From Bigelowiella natans CCMP2755 (taxonomy: Eukaryota > Protista > Cercozoa): a stretch of 64,000 nt of DNA. The notes beneath the pieces were generated by a model. That model was not told the origin of the DNA. It searched no databases and worked only from the letters and a program-made list of their open reading frames with translations. The stretch is from contig ADNK01000413.1 of assembly GCA_000320545.1 (NCBI GenBank), positions 45,313 through 109,312 of the forward strand, written 5' to 3'. The position numbers and the translations under genes are program-made. Positions 10,044 to 20,169 of the stretch are shown here, in pieces. The first letter of the stretch is position 1; every line of letters starts with the position of its first letter.

Positions 10044-10652
10044 ATGAGTTCTTCTACCGCACATTTCCGTAATTCAGTTTTAATTGATGGATTACTTACC
10101 GGTCCTACCATTGTTAGAATAGACACCGAAAAAACTGCTGTTCTCAGCAGTCTTAATCAACAAATTTCTGACTTTCAAACAGCAGAAACAAACAATGCTC
10201 AAGCAAGAGCAGATTTGCAAAATCAAATTGATGATGCTAATGCTTCTATGACTCAGGCTATGGGTGATTTAACCCAACTTGTTAATGACAACAAAGCAGA
10301 CATTGAAGGTAAATTAGCAACAGAAACTAATGAAAGACTTTCATTAGCAAGTGAAGTAAGCAACAGAAATGCATTTGTAGATGGTGAAATTACCAGACTT
10401 GACCAACAACATGCTGATGATGATGCTAGACTTGCAGCTGTTGAAGCAACACAAGCTACTTTTAATTCAGATGTGGAATCTAAAATTCAAGAGAGAATTG
10501 ATGCTCACAATGCTGATCTTGATAATACCCTTCCTCGTTTAGCAAAATTAGAAGAGTGTTTAGAAACAGATGAATCTGATCCTGCTAATCCAGTCGTAAG
10601 AATTAAAGGAGGTGTTAAATTTGAAGTAAGTGGTGATTTCGTCCAAGGTTAG
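10044..10652 (+). CDS. Viral coiled-coil (fibre-shaft-like) protein
   Basis: 202 aa, heptad-rich, ends DFVQG; TCTA 13 nt upstream. Confidence 0.65.
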   Translation: MSSSTAHFRNSVLIDGLLTGPTIVRIDTEKTAVLSSLNQQISDFQTAETNNAQARADLQNQIDDANASMTQAMGDLTQLVNDNKADIEGKLATETNERLSLASEVSNRNAFVDGEITRLDQQHADDDARLAAVEATQATFNSDVESKIQERIDAHNADLDNTLPRLAKLEECLETDESDPANPVVRIKGGVKFEVSGDFVQG

Positions 10653-10699
10653 ATTGCAAATGTGATTTAAACAACATATAAAAAATCTAACAATTAATA

Positions 10700-10946
10700 A
10701 TGATGTCTAATATTAAAAGGTGGTGGTGCTTTTTTCAAAGAAACACCTGCAATAGCAAACAATGTAGTAGGTCAAACAATAGATACTATTAATCAACAAT
10801 TAAACGATAATAATACACAAAACACAGAAAATAAATTACAACTTGATTTTTCAAAAGAAGTTTTTATAATAGACAAAGAAAACAAAACTATTACGATAAA
10901 TCCTGAATGTAAACTCATTGTGCCTAATGATTTAATTCAAGGATAG
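10700..10946 (+). pseudogene. Frameshifted short paralogue of the 10044 protein
   Basis: Removing one A in ATTAAAAGGT gives MMSNIKGGGAFFKE...KLIVPNDLIQG*, whose end parallels KFEVSGDFVQG* of the upstream gene. Confidence 0.5.
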
Positions 10947-10985
10947 TTCGTTTAAAAATAGTATAGTTTTTTGTAGTCATAAGTA

Positions 10986-11195
10986 ATGACTATAAGAAAA
11001 GTGTATTTTTATGGATTAACATGTTTAAATACAAGAGAAACATATATAGGTTCTACTACTATGGATCCAAAATTAAGATTACAAATGCATGTCGCTAATT
11101 TTAGAGCACATGAAAAAGGTTTTGGTAATTTTTGCTCTTCGTATCAAATTTTAAAAAGAGATAATTATATGTTTAAAGTTAAACAACGAATGTAA
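10986..11195 (+). pseudogene. GIY-YIG endonuclease, 3'-truncated
   Basis: VYFYGLTCLNTRETYIGST...RLQMH; ends before the catalytic Glu helix. Confidence 0.75.
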
Positions 11196-12432
11196 ATACA
11201 TAAGAAAATTTGATATTTCACCACATGATGTTATATGCTTTGATGAGGTTTATATATATTCACTACATCAACTATCAAAAATTAAGTTATTTATGGATAA
11301 GCATGTTGATAAAAAATTTATTGCTACTGGTGATTTAGCTCAATTGGATCCCATTGAAAACGAATATCTGTTTAACAACATCAAAGACCTTGATGTTAGA
11401 ACAACTGAAGCTATGAATGATATGTTCCCTAATCAAATCACTCTTAAAATCTGTAAGAGAGTAAAAACAGACGAGGAAAGAAATACTCTTGCACGATTAA
11501 AACAAGAAATATTTGATGTAAAAACTAAACCATTTGATGTGCTAAAAAAATATTTTAAAGTTGTTGAAAGTATGGATAAAGTAAAGACTCTTAACAATAT
11601 TACCTTCTACAACTTTAGATCCCGTTCAGTAGGTAAGTATATCCACGGTCTACAATAGAAACCGAGAAAAAAAGTTTATGTAGATGGTATTTGCTACTAT
11701 GCTGGTATGGAGATTGTGTGTAAAAAATATAATAAGAAACCAAAACTATATGTGAACTATGCTTATGAAATTGTTAAAGTAAGTAAAAAAGAATTTGTAA
11801 TACAGGATGTATGTGATATGGAAGAAATAAGAATTCCTATAGAATTAATTAGTAAGCATTTTAGATTATCATATGCCTCTACCTGTCATAGTTTCCAAGG
11901 ATTATCAGTAGATGGCCCTATCACCGTATTCGATACTAACACCTGTAGAATTAATCGCAAGTGGCTCTGGACTGCTATAACTCGTTCAACTGACCTATCA
12001 CAGATACAAATATATCAGCACAGCGATAAAGAATGCTACAGATTAAAAGAAAGTATGATTTCTCAAAAACTACGAATGAAAGTATCTTCATATGAATCTC
12101 AGGACAAAAGAGCTGGTAGAACTTGGAAAGATAAAGAACATATTGATGAGGAATGGATAAAAAGAACTGTTAATAATCATCCACAATGTCCTGTGTGTAG
12201 ATGTGGATTTACTGCTGATAATGTTTCTGTGGATAGAATTGATAATGCTCAACCTCATCTGTGGAATAATTGTAGATTGACTTGTGTGGAATGTAATCTT
12301 AGTAGAAATAATCAACAGACTTACCCAGCATTTGGTGAGTACACCCCTCAGGATGTTGAGTTTGAAGATGGCTTTGAGGATCAATGGGTGAAACCTGGGT
12401 ACGAAAACACCATCACTGGGCTGGAGCTTTGA
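11179..12432 (+). pseudogene. SF1 (RecD/Pif1-like) helicase fused to a C-terminal HNH-type nuclease; 5'-truncated, internal TAG at 11656-11658
   Basis: One frame carries VICFDE (Walker B), TGDLAQL, YASTCHSFQG, LWTAITR and then CPVC...SVDRIDN..H...NCRLTCVECN. Walker A is absent. ORFs 11293 and 11707 are in the same frame. Confidence 0.85.
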
Positions 12433-12495
12433 GGCATCGTGTGCCCCGAAAATTTGACATTTAATGTCTTTGCCACATCAGCCACACGTGTCAGT

Positions 12496-12650
12496 TCTTC
12501 ACCGGAGACTCTCCCCGCTGCTGGGCATTCCGGGATGAAAATGGGAGTCCCTAATCTTCGGACACTAACGGACACTAACGGGCAATACCGGTAATACTCC
12601 CGGTAATGCTCTTTCCGGGGATTCGCCGCAACGAGAGTCTCCCGTGAAGA
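12496..12650. repeat. Inverted repeat (18 bp, 1 mismatch) enclosing a GGACACTAAC tandem dimer
   Basis: TCTTCACCGGAGACTCTC (12496-12513) versus GAGAGTCTCCCGTGAAGA (12633-12650). Confidence 0.8.
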
Positions 12651-12679
12651 TCTTCACTCCAGACTCGAAATCAGACTCG

Positions 12680-14871
12680 ATGAAGCGTAGTGGATCTTTT
12701 GACGAGAAAAGGAAGGTAGATGAAAGAATCCCTAGCAGGAGAAGTTCGAAAGCACAGGTACTTATCCTACGAGGCTTGCGTTCGGGAGCTTAAGCTTTGA
12801 TGTGTTCTCAGCGTTCTGAGGTATGGGGAAATCAGATGGACTCTATTAGCAAACAAATCGAGAAATTGAGGGATGAAAGAAAAGCTTTGAGCATCGCTTG
12901 GGCAACGGAGAAGAATAAGGAGAAAGAAGAGGCGCTCAAGGGTGCTATTGACAAATTGGACGAGGAAATTCAGGCGAAGGAGGCAGAACTGAAGGAAACG
13001 ATAAAGAAATTCGAGGAGGCAACCCAAGGTTATGAATTCTGTTAACATCTGAGGAAACAATCGGTGTGCTGAGATATTTTTGCGTGTGTGTTCAGCCATG
13101 GAAATTGAGGAAAGCGGCAGGGGGGGTGATGCCCAATGTCTCTGTGCAAATAATCCATTGTTCTAATTTTATTGTGATTTGATTTCAGGGGAGAAACGCA
13201 AAAGCATATCGGATTACGAACGAGGAAGCGAAACAAAAGGTGACTAGACTCATCCTCTCTAAGTATCTGTTTGATAGTCCCGCTTTACGTGGATACACAG
13301 GCAAACGATTCAAGATTGACACGGATGCCGAAGAATTTTTCCAAGCTTTGAGAGACACTCCGTTCACAAAAGGGACTGCAATGCAGCTGGTGCGCATAAC
13401 GAAGAACATCCTCGTACCTGGGCATCGTGCTAGTTGGATTCGGGGGTCCAGGCACCCTGTTACTCTTTTCTACCGCAAGGCATTTTCAGAAGCAGTACGC
13501 AGATTTCGAGAATGTTATCAACTTCGCCGTGAGGGAAAGTCGAGCATTGATTGCTGTATACTCTCTGGGCAAAGTGGTATAGCCAAGAGTGTGGCCTTTT
13601 TGCTAACGTACATCAAGGTGGCGCTTAAAAATGACGAGAAGGTTGCGTTCTATTCCGTGCCAGAGGGTATCCTTTACTGCATCTACGTCGAGAACGGTAC
13701 AGTCAAGTGTTCAACATCTGTAGTTACCCCCTTAACATTCCACAGTGAAGAATGGAAAAGCTTTGACTCTACTTCGACACACCTTGTCGTCGATCCCGAG
13801 AACGGATTCGGGCACCTAAATGTCAACATCACAAAAGCCTTTGTGGTAGTGGCAAGCTCGCCCAATAAGGAGTGGAAGCAATTCGAGAAACTCCTTAAGG
13901 CCGGAACGAAGAAGCGGGATCTCACCTTGTATGCGGATGTCATCCAAGAAGATGAATTCAACGATATTTCTGCGGGAAACAATGAGAGTGGCGGGGCGGA
14001 TGGAAACTGTACTGTCAAGGGCTTAAAAAGCCGATCCGAGATAGCCGGGGGGATGTTGCGGCACATTGTGGACGAGCAAAAGTTCAAGAAGTTTCAAGAC
14101 TCCCAAGACCACATGTTGCGAATGTTTCAGGGCAAGATTGGCGAAAACGTGGAGATGATACAACCTAGGGATGTCGCTTTACCAAGTTCCGTGTTCTGCA
14201 TCCGCCCCATTCTTAAAGACGGTTCGCACACTAGTTCGGATTTTGTCCTGGATTTCCTGAGCCCTTATGTAGAATCCAGAGTGGTAGGGGCGCTTGCCGA
14301 GGAACAGTCTAAGCAGAGTGAAAGTATGTCTGGTTTAGAGGCAGAAAGAAGGTGGTTTCACCTCATAAAGAATGGGGGAAATTTTGAAGGCCGACATGTC
14401 GGCTCACATTTGCCAGAAGAATTGAAAGGCAAGACTATCACTGTCTCATTTAGTCGACACAAACGAGTGATTCACCATCGCGAAAATAGTAAGGAAGAAA
14501 AGAATAAGTGCTTGGAGGAAATCCGCGAATTGAAGGATTCGAGCACGCTGGTCATTTGCCCTCCGAACTACACAAACATAGATGGTGCTTCAAGTGCTGA
14601 GGTGCTGCATCAGATGGCTAAAGGAAATGTTCACGACTTTAAAGTCAAACACAAAGACGAGGTTCTTGTGGATACGAAAGTTGTCACGATTTACTACTAC
14701 ACTTTGGAGAAGCATTATCATACATTCCGTGTGAATTTCGTTTACAAAGACGTGTCAAAATCTGACCAGGAAGCGTGGAAGAAAACCTGGCACAAGCACT
14801 TGAGGTTCGTAGTCGTAAAACTCGATCCGGTAAGATTTTGGGATAAATTAAAGAAAGCACTTGGAAAATGA
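12680..14871 (+). CDS. Crinkler/RHS-type effector: coiled-coil header + P-loop NTPase + REase-fold nuclease (spliced)
   Basis: Exon 12680-12757 and exon 12812-13028 join in frame via a GT-AG intron. The main exon from ~13189 has ILSGQSGIAKS, HLVVDP, VVVASSPN, AGGMLR and a C-terminal PPNYTNIDG...LHQMAKGNVHDF. The middle exon structure is unresolved. Confidence 0.7.
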
Positions 14872-14959
14872 AAGCGAAATCCGAAAGGTTAAAGCGATCA
14901 TTAGCGATGAGTGAGGCGCACACTACTGTGGCTAGAATTCAAGATGTAGCGATGACGTG

Positions 14960-15800
14960 ATGCTCTGCTGTGGAATTTGCTATGTCATTTTTAACAAAGA
15001 TTGTTTTCACAAAACACATGGGATGTGCCCGTGATTTTCATCATGTCATTCTAGCAATTCAGTTCAGTAGTAGGTCGTCAGTAGGCAAATTTTCATGTTG
15101 CGCATTTTCGCAATTTTTGCTACTGATTGCTGATGGGAAATCAAATGTGGGTCACTTGACATGTCATGCTCGTGCAATTTTGCCATGTCATTCTAGCAAT
15201 TCAGTTCAGCAGTAGGTCGTCAGTAGGTGAATTTTTGAAATGAAAATTTTGTGTCATTCCCCCACTGACGGCAGATGGGAAATCAAATGTGGGGCATGGT
15301 GTAGTAGTCTGCTGCGCACACGATGCATGACGTGAGCAGCTTGTCTAGCACATGGCCACGGCGACCAGGCTAGCTAGCTAGGCCTGCGCATGTGCTGCGC
15401 ATGCGCAGCGCATGCACGCCGCACGCAGCGTAGCCGCCATGCTGCGCACGCTAGCACACGTGCTACGCACTGCTGCTCCAGCTGGCCAGTGCTGTTGGAC
15501 TGCACATGTGCATTGCTAGATTGTGACGGACCATTGAAAAAAGTGACAGATCATTTCATTGCATCCGTCTCGCTACCATCTCGCACTGATGAAACTTCAT
15601 TGCTGCTAGCTCTAGTTAGCTAGGGCTAGCTAGTCAGCAGCACGTGCAGCAGCTGCTGTTGCGATCGTGCACATCTTGCGAGAGCGCAGCTCATTCTCAT
15701 TGGTGCAACAAACTAGCAATCAAAAACATGTGTCTGCAACATGCTGCATTGCTTTTGCTTCCCTGATTTCACCAAAGAAACAACCAATCAGATGCCATGT
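14960..15800. repeat. TpA-depleted repeat relic with a 142-bp tandem duplication, (CTAG)n runs and a LINE 3'-end fragment
   Basis: Duplicated blocks 15042/15184 and 15132/15274; 15531-15571 matches the 3' end of the LINE at ~29270-29305. Confidence 0.75.
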
Positions 15801-16086
15801 TAGTACTGTTTTAAATTATATTCACAATTGACAACCCCACCCGCAGGGCTTGTCATTTTCTATCAGAATGTATCTTGTATGAAGCTCCATTTTAGAGAAG
15901 CATTACTCGGCATGAAAAGGAAAATGATGATTTAAACGCTTCGATGGATTCAGGATTCAGACATACAAGGACACCCTTGACAGTTTGTGTACTCCGGCTG
16001 AGAAACGAAAGTTTCTTCTGCCTTCAGTTGATGCTCATCATAAGGTTTTCAGAGAATACTGGATCCTACAAAGTTCTCGTGCGCGT

Positions 16087-17000
16087 TTAGCTTAACCTTG
16101 GGAAATCGTCTGCCCTCATAGCGCGTTGAGGTGCCTGGTTGCCACCCCTTCGACCACGGCCACGGCCTCGGCCTCGCCCCCCACGGCCGCGTCCTCCACG
16201 GCGGCCACGACCACGGCCACGATCCCTGTTGTCACGATTTTGGCGACTGCCTCGTGCAGGTTGGTAGCTAGCATTGAATGAACCAAGGTCGAGAACTTTC
16301 TTCGACTTCTTCTTCTTCTTCCTAGACTTTGATTTCACCTCTTCGAAAACGTCTCCATAGAGGGCTCCCTCATCGGTCTTCTTTCCCGCGAGCTTGCCAG
16401 TCTTGAAGCCTTCTTCTTCAACAACTTCACGTGCTTTTTTTGCGTTCCCATCAATCTGAACTTTTGCCAGGTATTCTTCAAGAGTGAAGTTATCTTTCTC
16501 CTCTTCTTCCTCCTCCTCCTCATCAAATAGATCATCTAGCTCCTCATCCTGAGCGAGCTCGTCTCCTTCCTTCTTCTCCCCATCAGCACCCTCCTCCCCA
16601 GCACCGCGGCCTCGTCCGCCACGGCCCTTGCGTCCACGGCCTCCTTTGCCGCGCCCACGTCCGCGTCCGCGTCCACGTCCGCGTCCGCGTCCGCGTCCGC
16701 GTCCACGGCGCGAGCCATCGTCAGCTTGAACACCATACTCGGTTCCCGGAACTCCCCATCCACCCTTACCTGCACCCTTCTTTCTGATCTCGCGACCGCG
16801 TCCGGTTCCACTACGACGGTCGAATTCACGCTTTGGTCCGCGACCTCCTCCAGTCGCTGCACCTGAATAGTTTTCATTCACGATTGAATTGGATTTCTCT
16901 TGTTCTTTACATACTATTTTGTACCTCGGGCCTTGCTCTTTTCCTGATCCGCGGGTGCTTGCAGTAATGCAAATGGGTTCGAATCTCCCACCCCACTCAT
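16087..17000 (-). CDS. SERBP1/Stm1/HABP4-family RGG RNA-binding protein
   Basis: MSGVGDSNPFALL, intron 16924-16863 (GT-AG), KREFDRRSGTGRG...GKGGWG, TLEEY, RG repeats, DFPRL end. Confidence 0.85.
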
Positions 17001-18072
17001 GGCTGTGGAATGCTGGAGGCTGTCCTGGAGAAGAGCAACCAGATTAGCAAAAAATCAAAAGTTTCCGACCACACTGCCGTGTGAAGCATGGGATAACATT
17101 TCAATTCAATATTCCCTGAAACCTAATTATATCTAATTCTTCTTAGAAAAAATGGATAAGAGCTCCAGCGCTAACCTTTAGGGGGAGGCAAGTCTCCACG
17201 CTATTGTTATTGCTTCTGCCAGCAAAAGGTAAGACCCAATACGACACAATTGTCGAATAGTGATTGAAAATATCAAGGTTATCATAAATATACTATATTA
17301 CTATGTACCGACATCCTTTTGAAGAGATAAATAGAAAGACTATCACCATCACATATTTGTTATATTGATTAAACGACAACATACAAACAGATATCTATTA
17401 AAATTTAACCTTGCTTCCTAAATATTCGGAAACGTAACTCTCTTTCGGGGAATGATACCCAATAATTATCTCGGATTCACCTGGATTTCCTACATATGGG
17501 ATGTGAATATTAGCAAACAGCGGAACTGAATATTGTTTAATCTTTTGCCGATTTGCAGGCTGTTTTGTGTCGGATTCCGTTGCAATCCTTGTGAAATCGT
17601 TGGGAAATGATCGGCGTTTTCTCACTGCGAAACTAACCTCCGGATACTCCGCAAGTAAAATTTGCTTTCAAAAGAGAGAGAGGACATTTTAGGGAATAGA
17701 AATATAGAAAGCCGAGAAGGTATTTAATTTACTTTTTGAAGACAAACATCCTGCAAAATCCTCTGAACTATGGTGATATTTCTCAAATAGTACATTTTAA
17801 TGCGCAGGCAAAAGAGACGGAAAGAGAAAGAGAACCTGATTGTGCCAAGCTCTCCACGGAGAGCACAGCTTCATTTGCATTTTTTGCATACGACGAGATA
17901 TTGAGTATGTCTTTTATTTATTTTTCACATATTTTCCTTTATGTTTAGTTTATTACATTGTAATTTTAGGCTGCGACATTTATATTGTCCGAATAAGTTA
18001 GAAAATTGTGGCATTCTCACTCGCTAATCGGTGAATTGGATTGGAAATTCGCCGTGGTCCGCCTCACAGACG

Positions 18073-18687
18073 ATGAAGTTTAATAAAGGTTGACCCCTCC
18101 CTGCCTCCACTCAATCATATGTGTACTGAAACTGCCACACGTAATTATTCAGCTGTAAGCTCATCCCGTAGAAAGAGCCGCAAGGCTCACTTTACGGCTC
18201 CCTCGAGCCGCCGTCGCAAGATTATGAGTGCTACTCTCTCAGATGAGCTTCGCAAAAAATTTAACGTAATCCTCTTCGTGTACTTTAAGAAAGAGAAAAA
18301 GAGATTCATTTAGAGTTACTTTTGTCAAACTTCCATTAACATCCAGAATGGTTATATATAATTTTGGTAACTTAGGTCCGCTCTATGCCTATCCGTAAGG
18401 ACGATGAGGTACAGGTGTTCCGTGGTAATCACAACAACCGTGACGGAAAAGTGCTTCAAGTTTACAGAAAGAAATATGTTATCCACATTGATCACGTTAA
18501 CCGCGAAAAAAACAACGGGGCTTCCGTTATGCTTGGCATTGCTCCTTCTAACGTGATCATTACCAAGCTCCACCTCGATCCTGACCGCAAGAGGCTTTTG
18601 GGACGTAAGAATAGGGCTGCAATGACTAAGGGTGAAAAACTTTCTTCGAAGGATGTTCAAGATGCTGCTGGAATTGAACTTGATTAA
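18073..18687 (+). CDS. RPL26: 60S ribosomal protein L26 (uL24)
   Basis: Exons 18073-18088, 18153-18265 and 18376-18687 give [24 protein letters not shown]...[17 protein letters not shown]. Confidence 0.97.
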
Positions 18688-18962
18688 ACGCCAATTATTC
18701 CCTCTAATGTAAAATGATGGGGTTGGACCTCACCTTGCCATAAGTTTCGAATCGTTATCACGAAGAAACCTCGAATGGAAATCAGAACTAAAATAATTCA
18801 TGCATTGAACACACAGAGTAATTTGTGTCAGTTATCTTTTAAGTGCATAAAGTATGCATATGAGATGTTCCCGTTATCAGATTTTTTTTTTTACGAATAG
18901 GGCTTAAACGGCAATACGTACTTTCTCTCATTACACTTTTGATCCTCCCTTTGTCTTTCTGT

Positions 18963-18963
18963 C

Positions 18964-19026
<63 letters not shown>

Positions 19027-19054
19027 TCTCTCTCTCTCCCCCCCCCCCCCCCCC

Positions 19055-19089
<35 letters not shown>

Positions 19090-19096
19090 CACACAC
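18963..19096. repeat. Compound (C)n/(CT)n/(CA)n microsatellite
   Basis: Directly visible. Confidence 0.95.
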
Positions 19097-19299
19097 CATA
19101 CAGCACAATGCGTGTGTGTGTTTCTGTATACGATCTTATAACGCATATCCGCTGTTATTCCTGGATGTGTCTTGTCGACTGAATGAATAAAAATATTGCT
19201 ACAATAAAAATATTGCTACTACACCTACGACTGGATTCAACACCAGAACACAAGCATCGATCGGGAACACATGCGACACAACATCTATCATTCGATGTT

Positions 19300-20050
19300 T
19301 CTCATCTAAAGTGCACCCAACTAAACCAACGCACGCACCCGCCATACAGACAGTGGACACGACAAACAGCAAATGACAATGGGATTGTGCGGCAAATGCA
19401 CATTGGCAGTGCATGCTAGCATGAGCAAGAAGTGTCATGACGTACGTGCTGCTGCAGCAGCTGCGTGCGCGTTTGTCAGCGCATTTTGAGTTCAGTAGTG
19501 ACTCCGAAGTTTCACGTTTTTCAGGCCTCGAATTTTTCCACAAATTGACCTCCAGCACATCACTCAAATTGATTTTTTTTCTTGAACCAATCTAGCAATG
19601 AGTCAAAACGTGTTTTTTTTGCACACGAATCATGCAGTCCCGCTGCATTGTGCATTTCAGTTCTTGCTAGCTTGCAGCTTGCTGCATGCGCAGGAAACAT
19701 GCTATAGCATGCGAAACCGTGCGTGAAATTCCCGGCTAGCCGGTCGGTTTCGCCCACTTGTGAAAGGCGCAACGTGCCATGATCGACGTGTCGTGTGGCA
19801 AATTGAAGGACATGTGTGGACAATCTGTCTGTCACAATGCGGCACCAACGCTAGCACGCTCATCTACATGCAGCGGCAATTTGCGCAGCCAACTCCAGAA
19901 TTGTTGACTGCTGTGATGGACCGCAGAGACGATTAGCTAAACCAGCTAGCAATTTCGTGCAACATGATTTGTAGCGCAGACTTTGCAAAGTTAGCTAGTT
20001 GTCACAACATGCGCGTAGCGTGCACACATGGTATGTGCATGCATCACCAA
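19300..20050. repeat. TpA-depleted, CTAG-enriched repeat relic of unknown family
   Basis: TG/CA-rich with residual TA largely in CTAG/TAG; short inverted repeat GCGAAACCG/CGGTTTCGC at ~19711-19753. Confidence 0.6.
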
Positions 20051-20169
20051 TGTAACGATGATTGCCGACGCACTGTATTGAATGCGTGATTTACACAAGT
20101 AGGCCCAAAATCCAAATAAGATCGAAACGTATTAAACCTCGACGCATCCATTGAAAACAGAATACACAC

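Larger units (their letters stand above)
1..12450. mobile_element. Endogenous Polinton-like virus / virophage-like element (left end outside window; partly hypermutated and internally deleted)
   Basis: AT-rich, intronless, densely packed genes: A32-type ATPase, PLV-type MCP and minor capsid protein, GIY-YIG nucleases, SF1 helicase-HNH. Composition shifts at ~12.35-12.45 kb. No integrase or polymerase is seen in the window. Confidence 0.9.

Noticed and set aside
12680-14871. Crinkler gene as cargo of the virus
   Set aside because: It has spliceosomal-type introns, higher GC and a paralogue at 42 kb without viral context; adjacency alone is insufficient
18891-19190. RE/SL-repeat ORFs, and similar low-complexity ORFs elsewhere
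   Set aside because: Translations of microsatellites
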